Shown here: piece after piece, positions 1 to 9,617 of the stretch
Layout: every line of letters begins with the position of its first letter
Position numbering within the stretch: position 1 is the first letter of the stretch
NCBI GenBank assembly: GCA_037441475.1
Contig: JBBISB010000001.1
Location: 547,465-579,464 of the forward strand
Direction: 5' to 3'
DNA from: Candidatus Iainarchaeum sp.
GTDB lineage: Archaea; Iainarchaeota; Iainarchaeia; Iainarchaeales; CSSED10-239
DNA length: 32,000 nt
The notes under the pieces: generated by a model
The model's input: the letters and a program-made list of their open reading frames with translations, nothing else
Databases searched by the model: none
Told to the model about the DNA's origin: nothing
Made by a program: the position numbers and the translations under genes

Positions 1-531
1 CTGAATGTTTTTAAAACCAATTTTTTCTAAAACCTTTTTTTCAGAGGCAAAGCCAAAAGATTTATTTTCTAAGGAAAACCATAGTGGCTTAATCCCAAGA
101 AGATCTCTTCTTAGGTATATTTTATTTCCATCATAAAAGCAAACAGCATATGGTCCATTCATCTCTTCAAATATCTTAAAACCAATCTTCTCTATTCCCT
201 TAATAATAAAGTCAGAGTCATTTTTAACCTTAATCTTATATTTTAAAGAAAGTTCTTTGTAATTATAGATCTCACAGTTTGAAACAAGTACTTTTCCTTT
301 ATGTACTATTGGTTGAGATACATTTCCTGTTATAGAAAGTAAGTTATGTGCAAAAACAACACCTGTAGATATGTTTTCTTTATTAAAGTTGTTAATCTCC
401 TTAGAATAAACACACCTACCATTAAAGTAAACTCCATTATTATCCAAACCTCTTTTTTCTAATATCTTAAGGGAGGCAATAATCTTTTCTTTACTTTCAG
501 GGACATTAACCAGTCCAATTATTGAGCACAT
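1..531 (-). CDS. Asparagine synthase (glutamine-hydrolysing) family, N-terminal class II glutamine amidotransferase domain, partial at window edge
   Basis: Minus-strand reading from ATG at 531 gives MCSIIGLVNVPESKEK..LEKRGLDNNGVYFN..HNLLSITGNVSQPIVHKGKVLVSNCEIYNYKELSLK..RRDLLGIKPLW; N-terminal catalytic Cys, NxEIYN and GIKPL motifs of AsnB-type proteins. Runs off the left edge. Confidence 0.85.
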   Translation of the reverse strand, partial: MCSIIGLVNVPESKEKIIASLKILEKRGLDNNGVYFNGRCVYSKEINNFNKENISTGVVFAHNLLSITGNVSQPIVHKGKVLVSNCEIYNYKELSLKYKIKVKNDSDFIIKGIEKIGFKIFEEMNGPYAVCFYDGNKIYLRRDLLGIKPLWFSLENKSFGFASEKKVLEKIGFKNIQ

Positions 532-551
532 GTTTTAATGATTAGTTTTTT

Positions 552-647
552 AATATTTATTTTAATATAATATATTTTAATATAATATATTTTAATATTT
601 ATTTTAATATAATATATTTTAATATTTATTTTAATATAATATATTTT
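552..647. repeat. AT-only imperfect tandem repeat, 27-bp unit aatatttattttaatataatatatttt x3 plus a 15-bp partial unit
   Basis: Direct reading: copies at 552-578, 594-620 and 621-647, with aatataatatatttt at 579-593. Confidence 0.85.
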
Positions 648-786
648 AATATAACAAGTAAGGTATATATACTTATTGTTACAAATATACTTTAATACTT
701 CTTATTTTTAAAAAAAGAATAAGCAGGTAAGCTTTTTAAATCTTTTTAACTATATTACATATATAAATATATTTTAGTGATACTTT

Positions 787-2517
787 ATGAGTGATGAAAA
801 ACAAACAAAACAAGAAACTCAAGTTTCAAAAGACGGAATTGATGCAAATGTTCTTTTCTCTGAGTTTAAGGAACATTCAGTAGCTGATTTTTTTAAAAAA
901 AATAGACAGATGTTAGGTCTTTATGGAAAACAAAGAACCTTAACCACAATAATACATGAACTTGTAACAAACTCCTTAGATGCTTGTGAAGAAGCAGGTA
1001 TCTTACCTGAAATTGAAGTTAAGATATCAGAGATTGGAGAGGAATACTATGAAATCTCTGTTATGGACAATGGTCCTGGTATACCAGAAAGCAAAATTGG
1101 TTCTGCTTTAGGTAAATTACTTGCAGGTACAAAGTTTCATAGGCTTGTTCAAACAAGAGGACAACAGGGTATCGGTGTTTCTGGAATTATTTTATTTTCA
1201 CAAATAACAACTGGTAAACCTACAAAAGTAATATCAGGTACCTCAAAAGAAAAAGCAGTTTTCTTAGAAATAACCATTGACTCTAAAACAAACTCTCCAA
1301 AAATGACAAATAAAGTATATTTAGAAAAGAAGTTTAGAGGAACAGCAATAAAAGCTAAGTTTAAAGAGATCCAGTATAAGAAAGGGCAAGGCTCTGTTGA
1401 TGAATACTTAAGAAGAACAGCAATCTCAAACCCACATGCAACCATACTTTTTGAAGACCCTTTCCAAGAGGTTACAAAGTATGAAAGAATAATTAAAAAT
1501 TTACCAAAAATACCTCAACAAGTAAAACCACATCCAAGAGGAGTTACAGTTGATGAAATGTTATCTCTTGCAAGATACACTCCAGCAAGAAAAGTATCCT
1601 CTTACCTAATGCTTGCCTTTGATAGGTTTGGTCAAACAGCAGTTGATTCTATCTCAAAGATGATACATTTTGATATTAATAAAGATCCTAAAAAATTAAC
1701 CTGGGAGGAAGCTGAAGAAATTGTTGCTGCTATAAAGCAAACAAAATTTATAGCTCCAAACACAAACAATCTTGTTCCTATAGGTGAAGATTTTGTTGAA
1801 AAGTCCTTAAGAACAATTGTTGAACCTGAGTTTTGTTTTGTATACACAAGAAAACCAGCTGTCTATAAAGGAGGGTATGCCTTCCAAGTAGAGGTTGCTG
1901 TTGCTTTCGGTGGAAATGCAGGACGTTTAGTAAGTGTCTCTTCTCCAAAGGCAAAGAACAGAAAAGATGATGTTGATCAAACTGATGAAACAAAGGAAGT
2001 TAGAGTCTCTGAAATCATAAGATATGCAAACAAATCCCCTCTTCTTTTTGATGCAGGTGGATGTGCGATTACTAAAACTGTACAATCAGTTGATTGGAAG
2101 AGATATGGTATCCAAAACTTTGAGTCAGCACCAGTAACTGTTTTTGTAAACCTAATCTCTGTACATATTCCATACACCTCTGCAGGTAAATCTGCAATAG
2201 CTGATGAAGAGGAAATTTTAGCTGAAATAAAATTAGCTTTAATGGATGTTTCAAGAAGACTTGGAAAATATATTGTTGATAAAAAGAAAGAAGCAGAAAA
2301 GTTAGAGAAAAGAAAGGTCTTTGCAAAGTATGCTCCTGAGATTGTAAATGCTCTTTCAAGAATAACAGGTGCAAATGCTCCTCTTTTACAAAAGAAATTA
2401 GATAAAATGGTTCTTGAAAAATTAAAGATGGATGACTTAGAGGAAGAAGAAGTTCCTGTTAAGGGAAAAAAGAAAATTAAAGAAGAGGATTTTGAGGATG
2501 ATTTTTCTGAGGAATGA
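787..2517 (+). CDS. top6B: DNA topoisomerase VI subunit B
   Basis: 576 aa; GHKL ATPase motifs ELVTNSLDACEEAGI, DNGPGIP, GQQGIGVSG; followed by the A subunit. Confidence 0.97.
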   Translation: MSDEKQTKQETQVSKDGIDANVLFSEFKEHSVADFFKKNRQMLGLYGKQRTLTTIIHELVTNSLDACEEAGILPEIEVKISEIGEEYYEISVMDNGPGIPESKIGSALGKLLAGTKFHRLVQTRGQQGIGVSGIILFSQITTGKPTKVISGTSKEKAVFLEITIDSKTNSPKMTNKVYLEKKFRGTAIKAKFKEIQYKKGQGSVDEYLRRTAISNPHATILFEDPFQEVTKYERIIKNLPKIPQQVKPHPRGVTVDEMLSLARYTPARKVSSYLMLAFDRFGQTAVDSISKMIHFDINKDPKKLTWEEAEEIVAAIKQTKFIAPNTNNLVPIGEDFVEKSLRTIVEPEFCFVYTRKPAVYKGGYAFQVEVAVAFGGNAGRLVSVSSPKAKNRKDDVDQTDETKEVRVSEIIRYANKSPLLFDAGGCAITKTVQSVDWKRYGIQNFESAPVTVFVNLISVHIPYTSAGKSAIADEEEILAEIKLALMDVSRRLGKYIVDKKKEAEKLEKRKVFAKYAPEIVNALSRITGANAPLLQKKLDKMVLEKLKMDDLEEEEVPVKGKKKIKEEDFEDDFSEE

Positions 2518-2573
2518 TCTTTCTTTTTAACAAACTTTTTTAAAAAAAATATTTAAAAAAAAGTGATTAAATT

Positions 2574-3713
2574 ATGGTAAATCAAAAACCAATTAAAAGA
2601 GAACTTGAAAAACACGAAACCGAAACTTCAAAAGAAATTGGAGGCAGAGTTTACGATATTGCAAAAAATATTGTTCACCAAATAGAGAATGAACACTCTC
2701 CAACCTTTTCAACAAGGGTAAGAGGTTTATCAAATGTTTATTTTGATGATAAAAAAGGTTTCATACAGTTAGGGGATAAAACAGTTACAAGACCTTTCTT
2801 AAACTTAGGTGCAGCAAGAAAGTTTATGCAAACCATTTTAGTTACTGAAAAATGTAATGAATACTTAAAGCATTCAAAGACAGCCTCAATAAGAGAAATC
2901 TATTATGAGCTTAAACACACTATTGCAAAGACTAATGAAAATACTTTTGATGCTCAAGAGGAATCTAATGATGTAATTGTTGATATTGAACACTCAGTTT
3001 CAACCATAAGAGAAAAGCTTGGTCTTCAAGCAGACCCAAAGGGTGCTCTTTATGGGGATATAACCTTGGTTGATAGAAAACACTATAACGATGAGTTTAA
3101 TTGTAGTAATCTTGGAAGAGGGGGATGGTCTATTATGTCAAGACTTGAGCCTGATGAAATTGAAATAAAAGAAGTAAATGCAGATTTTGTTTTAGTTATT
3201 GAGACATCTGCGATGTATGGTAGATTGATTGAAGAAAACTATGCAAAGAAACATAGAGCTATCTTAGTTGGAACCTCGGGTCAAGCAGCAAGAGGGGCAA
3301 GAAGACTTATTCATCGTCTAAGATATGAGTTTAATTTACCTGTTATTGTCTTCACTGATGGAGACCCTTACGGATGGTATATCTACTCAGTTATTAAGAG
3401 TGGATCAATGGCCTTAGCTGCTCACTCTAAGTTTTTAGCAGTTCCTGATGCAAAGTATGTTGGTATGACCTTAACTGATGTTGAAACATACGGCCTTCAA
3501 AATGTTACTGAAAAAATGAAGGAAGGGGATGTTAAAAGAGCAAAGGAGCTTATGTCCTATGATTGGTTTAGATCTCCAGAATGGCAAAAAGAACTAAAGC
3601 TTGCAATTGATAAGAAGATAAGGATAGAGCAGCAAGCTCTTGCAAACAAATCCTTAGACTTTGTTGCTAAAAAATATCTTCCTGAGAAGATAGAAAAACA
3701 AATTTTCTTATAG
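2574..3713 (+). CDS. top6A: DNA topoisomerase VI subunit A (Spo11-like)
   Basis: 379 aa; REIYYELKH active-site Tyr region, Toprim-like VIETSAMYGRLIEE and VFTDGDPYGWYIYSVIKSG. Confidence 0.97.
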   Translation: MVNQKPIKRELEKHETETSKEIGGRVYDIAKNIVHQIENEHSPTFSTRVRGLSNVYFDDKKGFIQLGDKTVTRPFLNLGAARKFMQTILVTEKCNEYLKHSKTASIREIYYELKHTIAKTNENTFDAQEESNDVIVDIEHSVSTIREKLGLQADPKGALYGDITLVDRKHYNDEFNCSNLGRGGWSIMSRLEPDEIEIKEVNADFVLVIETSAMYGRLIEENYAKKHRAILVGTSGQAARGARRLIHRLRYEFNLPVIVFTDGDPYGWYIYSVIKSGSMALAAHSKFLAVPDAKYVGMTLTDVETYGLQNVTEKMKEGDVKRAKELMSYDWFRSPEWQKELKLAIDKKIRIEQQALANKSLDFVAKKYLPEKIEKQIFL

Positions 3714-3751
3714 TTTTTTTAAAAATAAAAAGATTATAGATTGAGAAATTT

Positions 3752-4324
3752 ATGGATAGAGATTTACTAAGAAGGGCTTTATTTATTTTAAGTGTTTCTT
3801 CTATAGCATCTTTTTCATCTTTTAAAATTGATCAAAAGGTAAAGAGAGAAAATGTTAAAAAATATCTTTTTGAAAATCAAGTTAATTTTCTAACTAAAAA
3901 TTATAAATTAACAAAAGAAGATAGTATCTTTGTTGTTAAAGAAATATCTTCTATTCTTAAGGATTCAACTGTTTCTTTTAATGCAAAAAGTTTAGCTGAG
4001 CATGTAGATTATTATAGGAAATGCACACTTACAAGAAAAGCCTGCTTTCCTGCCTTTAATAGGTTTTATGAAAGCTTTACAAGTTCTTTATCTAAACAAA
4101 AGTTAGATTCTCTTTATCCTGTTTTAAGAAAATATTCTTCTTTTGAGACCTTTCAAAAAGAAAGAGGGACAACTGAGCTTATTTTTAAAAGTAAATTTAG
4201 GGATTATTTTTTTAAAAAGTTTGTAGATCCTACCCCAATTGATCCAAAACTTCCAAAGTACGATACTAGGGTTCCAAAAATTTATTTTACAAAAGCAGAA
4301 AGTACTAAAAAAAACTTTAGTTAA
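3752..4324 (+). CDS. Hypothetical protein, 190 aa
   Basis: Open frame starting 38 bp after top6A in the same orientation; no family recognised. Confidence 0.75.
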   Translation: MDRDLLRRALFILSVSSIASFSSFKIDQKVKRENVKKYLFENQVNFLTKNYKLTKEDSIFVVKEISSILKDSTVSFNAKSLAEHVDYYRKCTLTRKACFPAFNRFYESFTSSLSKQKLDSLYPVLRKYSSFETFQKERGTTELIFKSKFRDYFFKKFVDPTPIDPKLPKYDTRVPKIYFTKAESTKKNFS

Positions 4325-4402
4325 AAGAAAAGCATAAAAACATATAAATATCTTTTCATCTACTCTCTTATTATCTAAAAATATTTATTAAGTGATATAA
4401 AC

Positions 4403-6334
4403 ATGAGTGAAAAACTATATTCTCCATCAAAGGAGTTTCAAGAAAAGGCCTACATTAAATCCATGGAAGAGTATCAAAAGATATATGAAGCATCCATAAA
4501 AGATCCAGAAAGTTTCTGGGCAGCAGCTGCAAAAGATATTACTTGGTTTAAACCTTTTACATCTGTCTTTGAGTGGGAGGATAAAGAAAAATATCTTTAC
4601 TCATGGTTTAAGAACGGAAAATTAAATGTCTCCTACAACTGTTTAGATAGACATTTAGAAAAGAATGCAGAAAAAATAGCTTTAATCTTTCAAGGGGAAG
4701 AAGAAAATAATGTAAAAAAATATACTTACAGACAATTACATTTAGAAGTTTCAAGATTTGCAAATGTTTTAAAAAAACATGGTATAAAGAAAGGAGATAA
4801 GGTATCTATATACACGCCAATGATACCTGAGTTTTTAATTTCTATTTTAGCATGTGCAAGGATAGGTGCAATCCACTCTGTTGTCTTTGCAGGTTACAGT
4901 ACACAGACAACAAAAGAAAGAATTGAGTTTGCACAATCAAAGATGCTTATAACTGCTGATGGTTCTTTAAGATCTGGAAAGAAGATTAATTTCAAAGAAG
5001 AGGTTGACAAAGCAATCGCTGATATAAAAGGTATTGAAAAAGTAATCATTGTTAGAAATATAGGCGTTCCTTTAACTTTAAAAGAAAATGAATTTATTTA
5101 TCAAGATGAAATTAAAATGAAAGATATCTTGGACGAATGTCCTGCTGAGGAAATGGACTCTGAAGATCCTTTATTTATTTTATTTAATTCAGGCACTGTT
5201 GAAAAACCAAAAGGTACACTCCACACAAATGCTGGTTATTTAGTATACACAAAAGAGACTTTTAAGTACATATTTGATTATCATGGTGATGAGGTTTATT
5301 GGTGTACAGCAGACATAGGGTGGATAACTGGTCACTCCTATTTAGTTTACGGTCCACTTGCAAATGCAGCAACAGTTTTAATGTATGAAGGAATACCAAC
5401 ATTTCCAGATAATGAAACATACTGGAGAATTATTGAAAAACATAAAGTTAATATTTTTTATACAGCTCCAACAGTTATAAGGTCTTTAATGAGATATGGA
5501 ATTGATCCTGTAAAAAAGCATAATCTCTCTTCCTTAAGATTATTAGGTTCTGTTGGAGAGCCTATAAACCATGAAGCATGGGTCTGGTATTATGAAAACA
5601 TAGGCAATAGTAAATGCCCAATAGTTGATACCTGGTGGCAAACAGAGTCTGGTGGCTTTCTAATAGCACCATTTCCTGGCGCCTTTCCTTTAAAACCAGG
5701 CTTTGCAACAAAACCTTTCTTTGGTATTGATGCTGATGTCTTAAGAGAGGATGGTTCAAAAGCAGATGTTAATGAACCAGGTTCAGTGGTTATTAAAAAA
5801 CCATGGCCTGGGATGATGCGAACAATATACGGTGAACATCAAAAGTATCTTGACATATATATCTCAAAATACCCTGGCTATTACTTCTGTGGGGATAGAG
5901 GAAAGATTGATGAGAATGGTTATTTTTTCATAATTGGAAGAATGGATGATGTTATAAAAGTTTCAGGTCATCGTTTAGGTTCTGCAGAGATTGAGTCTGC
6001 CTTAGTTTCAAACAAGAATGTTGGTGAAGCGGCTGTTGTTCCTTTCCCTCATGAGATAAAGGGCCAAGCTCTTTATGCTTTTGTTATTTTAAGAGCAGGC
6101 ATAAGCCCTAGTGAAGAACTTGTAAAAGAACTAAGAGAGCATGTTTCAAAAGAAATAGGCCCGATTGCAAAACCTGATAAGATACAGTTTGTAGATGCTC
6201 TTCCAAAGACAAGTAGTGGTAAGATAATAAGAAGGATAGTACGTGCAATTGCTTATGATTCAGAGGACTATGGTGATCTTTCAACTTTGTTTAACCCAGA
6301 AGTTATTGATCAAATAAAAAGTAAAAAGATTTAA
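4403..6334 (+). CDS. acs: Acetyl-CoA synthetase, AMP-forming
   Basis: 643 aa; SVVFAGYS, LFNSGTVEKPKG, WWQTESGG, YYFCGDRG, GRMDDVIKVSGHRLGSAEIE and C-terminal PKTSSGKIIRR. Confidence 0.95.
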   Translation: MSEKLYSPSKEFQEKAYIKSMEEYQKIYEASIKDPESFWAAAAKDITWFKPFTSVFEWEDKEKYLYSWFKNGKLNVSYNCLDRHLEKNAEKIALIFQGEEENNVKKYTYRQLHLEVSRFANVLKKHGIKKGDKVSIYTPMIPEFLISILACARIGAIHSVVFAGYSTQTTKERIEFAQSKMLITADGSLRSGKKINFKEEVDKAIADIKGIEKVIIVRNIGVPLTLKENEFIYQDEIKMKDILDECPAEEMDSEDPLFILFNSGTVEKPKGTLHTNAGYLVYTKETFKYIFDYHGDEVYWCTADIGWITGHSYLVYGPLANAATVLMYEGIPTFPDNETYWRIIEKHKVNIFYTAPTVIRSLMRYGIDPVKKHNLSSLRLLGSVGEPINHEAWVWYYENIGNSKCPIVDTWWQTESGGFLIAPFPGAFPLKPGFATKPFFGIDADVLREDGSKADVNEPGSVVIKKPWPGMMRTIYGEHQKYLDIYISKYPGYYFCGDRGKIDENGYFFIIGRMDDVIKVSGHRLGSAEIESALVSNKNVGEAAVVPFPHEIKGQALYAFVILRAGISPSEELVKELREHVSKEIGPIAKPDKIQFVDALPKTSSGKIIRRIVRAIAYDSEDYGDLSTLFNPEVIDQIKSKKI

Positions 6335-6356
6335 TCTTTTTTTAAAATAAATTTTT

Positions 6357-6385
6357 ATAATGGTGGTTATAATAACCACTATTAT
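6357..6385. terminator. Near-perfect 29-nt palindrome between convergent acs and porB; possible bidirectional terminator
   Basis: ataatggtggttat-a-ataaccactattat; arms 6357-6370 and 6372-6385 pair completely if one G-U is allowed; flanked by T-rich tracts. Confidence 0.5.
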
Positions 6386-6389
6386 ATGT

Positions 6390-8423
6390 TTACTTTAAAG
6401 GAAATGCTTCTTCCATTTTAAGAAGTTCTTTAAAGTCATTATCAATTTCTTCTTGTATCTTTTTAATTTCTTCTTTATTCTTTAAAACTTCCTTAAACTT
6501 AGTTTGCATTTTTAAAAATTCTTCAATTGGTTTTTTATTTGCAGGCTTATAGTTTACCTTATATTTTCCATCTTCAACTTCATAAAGAGGCCAAAAGTTA
6601 GTTTCAGTTGCAAGTTTTGAAATATCAATGGTTAAATCTTCAGGGGCCTTCATGTTTGTAGGGCAAGCAGCGTAAACAATAATAACAGCAGGTCCTTTCT
6701 TTTCAAAAGCCTTTCTAAACTTTTCATGCATGTCTAAAAGGTTTCCTGGGTTTGCAGTTGCAACATATGGTATTTTATGAGCAATAGCTATCTTTGCAAG
6801 ATCTTTTTGAAATTCTTTTTTCTCTCCTGGTGTTGTAGTTGTTTGTGCTCCATAAGGTGTTGCAGAGGATCTTTGCGCTCCTGTATTGTGAACCACAATT
6901 CCATCAGCAATAAAGTTGTGTTCTCCATCAACTCTTAAATCTAAAGTTTGTTCAATTCCTCTAGGAATGATATTTTTTATTTTTCTTGTTTCAAAATATT
7001 CATTTCCAATAAAATAATTTTGATATTTGTATTGAGAAGGATATTTTCCAACATCCCATTTATCTTTTTTACTAAAACAGATACTATAGTATTCTCCATT
7101 ACTTAACATCTCTCTATACACTACAAAAGTTCCTTTTGGTTTTTTCTGAACAGTTATTTTTCCAACTCTGTAATCCATTGTTTGTAGTAATAATCTTAAT
7201 CTCATAATTAAATCTTTACTTGCTGATAAATATCTACAACTATCTTTTTTCTTTTTATGAATATATCCATCAGACATTAATAAACCTTTTACAAACTCTT
7301 CTTTTTGATCTATTGGTAAAGTAAAAACCCAAGAAGGTATTGTTTTATTTTTAGCACCTTGCATAAATCCTAAAGAATTAATAAATTTTGAAATGTTTAC
7401 AGAATTATAGTAGATGTAATATTTATCTTTAGATTTATTTTCTTGTCCAAATATTTTTTTATGTATTTTTAAAAGTTCTTTTCTCTCATTTGTATTTTCT
7501 GGAAGAGCAAATCCAATTTCTCCTCTATCTTCTCTAATCCATCCATCTCCAACATAAAATCCTAACCATAACATTAATTCTTTTGAAGATTCATTAGGAA
7601 GTTTAACATCATTAATAATGTTTACTTTATAATCTCCTTTTTTAGTAAGCTTTATTTTATTAAACTGATATGGTTTTCCTTTATCATATAATTTTCTCAT
7701 AGTTACAATTTCATCATTTACTTTTAATTGAGAAACTGTTTTCCAAATTAGCTCGTTTTCTTTTCCTCTACCATTCCTTTTTAAAGTTAAGAAAGGGTGA
7801 TTTGATGTTGCTTTTATATTTTGGTGTATAGTTTCTATTTCATATACTTTTTTCCTTCCGTTATCAAAAACACCTGTGCATTCTTTTAGTACTGGCAAAT
7901 GTTTTTTTTGATCAAAAGCCCAGACTTTTTCTCCTTTTATAATTTCTGTTATTTTTTTAAGACCTGTTTCTGTCATTATTAATGAATCTGTTGATAAACA
8001 GTTTTGGTAACCTTCATTATCATAACAAACAAAAACAAAATCATGTCCTCTTTCAAGTGCTCCAGAAAGGCTCTGAAGTCCAATATCAAAGGCTCCACCA
8101 TCACCAGCAAATGACATAAATTTAATTTCTTCCTTTATCTTTCCTTTCTTCTTTAAGGCCCTGTAAGCTGTTTCAACACCAGATATGGTTGCTGCAGAGT
8201 TTGCAAAAACAGAGTGGATGAATGGTTCGTTCCAAGATGTATAAGGGTAGATTGTTGTTGTAACTTCAGCACATGATGTGGCAGATGAAGTTATTATCTT
8301 CTTATCAGTTGCAGCATATGCTGTCCTTAAGATAATAGCTATAGGGCACCCAGGACAAGTACGGTGTCCAGGAATAATAGCTTTTCTTTCATTAATTCTA
8401 TTTGCAAGTTCAATGTAGTTCAT
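6390..8423 (-). CDS. porB: Pyruvate:ferredoxin oxidoreductase beta subunit, interrupted by an in-frame intein
   Basis: Exteins: RTCPGCPIAI, GDGGAFDIGLQSLSGALERGHDFVFVCYDNEGYQN / TGAQRSSATPYGAQTTTTPG; 305 aa after removing the 372-aa intein. Confidence 0.95.
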   Translation of the reverse strand: MNYIELANRINERKAIIPGHRTCPGCPIAIILRTAYAATDKKIITSSATSCAEVTTTIYPYTSWNEPFIHSVFANSAATISGVETAYRALKKKGKIKEEIKFMSFAGDGGAFDIGLQSLSGALERGHDFVFVCYDNEGYQNCLSTDSLIMTETGLKKITEIIKGEKVWAFDQKKHLPVLKECTGVFDNGRKKVYEIETIHQNIKATSNHPFLTLKRNGRGKENELIWKTVSQLKVNDEIVTMRKLYDKGKPYQFNKIKLTKKGDYKVNIINDVKLPNESSKELMLWLGFYVGDGWIREDRGEIGFALPENTNERKELLKIHKKIFGQENKSKDKYYIYYNSVNISKFINSLGFMQGAKNKTIPSWVFTLPIDQKEEFVKGLLMSDGYIHKKKKDSCRYLSASKDLIMRLRLLLQTMDYRVGKITVQKKPKGTFVVYREMLSNGEYYSICFSKKDKWDVGKYPSQYKYQNYFIGNEYFETRKIKNIIPRGIEQTLDLRVDGEHNFIADGIVVHNTGAQRSSATPYGAQTTTTPGEKKEFQKDLAKIAIAHKIPYVATANPGNLLDMHEKFRKAFEKKGPAVIIVYAACPTNMKAPEDLTIDISKLATETNFWPLYEVEDGKYKVNYKPANKKPIEEFLKMQTKFKEVLKNKEEIKKIQEEIDNDFKELLKMEEAFPLK
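6885..8000 (-). mobile_element. Intein (372 aa) with LAGLIDADG homing endonuclease domain inside PorB
   Basis: Begins CLSTDSLIMTETGLKKITEI, block B IKATSNHPFLTL, dodecapeptide motifs LWLGFYVGDGW and FVKGLLMSDGY, block F LDLRVDGEHNFIADGI, ends VVHN, followed by extein Thr. Boundaries checked codon by codon. Confidence 0.96.
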
Positions 8424-8434
8424 TTATTTTCACT

Positions 8435-9595
8435 TTATTTTTTAAGTCCTAAATATTTTTCTTTATTTGGTTTTCCTTTTAAAAAACCATTTAATAAATC
8501 TTCAATGTCTTTTTCAAAAATATCTCTTCCTCCAAGACCAAAGACATAAGAGGTAACATTTATTTTCTTATCATTATCACAAACAGAAAGTTTAATTTCT
8601 TTATAAAGTGGAGAAGAGGATCCAGGACTTTGAGCTCTATCAAGAACAATTACTTCTTTTGCTTTTTTTAAGGCCTTAAGATACTCTGAATAAATAAAAG
8701 GTCTAAAAAGCACTGGTCTTAAAAGCCCAACCTTTTTTCCTTCTTTTCTAAGTTTGTCAATAACATTTTTAGTTGTCTGTGCAGTTGAGGACATTACAAC
8801 AATAACAACCTCAGCATCTTTTAAAAAATAATCTTCATAAATTTCTATTTTCTTTCCAAAGGTTTTTTCAAACTCTTTTGAAACTTCTAAAAATTTCTTT
8901 TCAGCCTCTTCCATGGCTTTAAAAAGTTCAACCCTAATCTCAAAGAAGGTGTTTGGAAGTGAAAGGGCACCTATGGAGATTGGTTTTTTAGTATCTAAAA
9001 GATTATATGTTGTCTTATATTCTCCTACAAATTTCTTAACAACCTTATCTTCATACACTTCTAAATTCTCTAAGTTATGAGAGGTATAAAAACCATCAAT
9101 ACAAACCATGATAGGAAGAGATACACTTTCAGCAAACTTAAAAGCAAAGAGAGTCATGTCATATGCTTCTTGCGCACTTTCACAAAAAACCATCATCCAT
9201 CCTTGATCAAGACATGCCATGGCGTCTGAATGATCACAGTGTATGTTAATAGGTGCAGATACAGCTCTGTTTGCAACAGGCATAACCACAGGAAGTCTTA
9301 AACCAGAAGTTACTGATAACATTTCATACATGTACATTAAACCTTGTGAGGCTGTTGCTGTAACGCTTCTTGCACCTGATGCTGCTGCACCTACAACTGC
9401 TGAAAGTGCAGAGTGTTCTGATTCAACTAAGATAAGCTCTGTTGTAACTTTTCCATTACTATGGTGGTTTGCATAACTTTCAATGATTGGTGTTTGTGGG
9501 GTTATAGGATACATTGCAAACACATCAACATCCACTTGTTTTATTGCATAGGAGATTGCTTCTCCTCCATTAAGTGCTATTTTTTTATTTTTCAT
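8435..9595 (-). CDS. porA: Pyruvate:ferredoxin oxidoreductase alpha subunit
   Basis: 386 aa; GGEAISYAIKQVDVDVFAMYPITPQTPIIE, TATASQGLMYMYEML, LDRAQSPGSSSPLYKEI. Confidence 0.95.
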   Translation of the reverse strand: MKNKKIALNGGEAISYAIKQVDVDVFAMYPITPQTPIIESYANHHSNGKVTTELILVESEHSALSAVVGAAASGARSVTATASQGLMYMYEMLSVTSGLRLPVVMPVANRAVSAPINIHCDHSDAMACLDQGWMMVFCESAQEAYDMTLFAFKFAESVSLPIMVCIDGFYTSHNLENLEVYEDKVVKKFVGEYKTTYNLLDTKKPISIGALSLPNTFFEIRVELFKAMEEAEKKFLEVSKEFEKTFGKKIEIYEDYFLKDAEVVIVVMSSTAQTTKNVIDKLRKEGKKVGLLRPVLFRPFIYSEYLKALKKAKEVIVLDRAQSPGSSSPLYKEIKLSVCDNDKKINVTSYVFGLGGRDIFEKDIEDLLNGFLKGKPNKEKYLGLKK

Positions 9596-9617
9596 TTTCT
9601 ATTCACATTAAAATTAT

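Noticed and set aside
552-647. Possible CRISPR array
   Set aside because: No unique spacers, unit is purely A/T and contiguous, no cas genes nearby; treated as a simple tandem repeat.
1149-2374. Several antisense ORFs (1149..1445, 1632..1847, 1778..1993, 2072..2374) plus an overlapping one at 1977..2177
   Set aside because: They lie inside the strongly supported top6B frame and read as low-complexity, Phe/Leu/Ser-rich shadow translations.
6885-8000. Group I intron or separate homing endonuclease gene inside porB
   Set aside because: The insertion is fully in frame, begins with Cys and ends with His-Asn before Thr, and contains splicing blocks A, B, F and G, so it is an intein.
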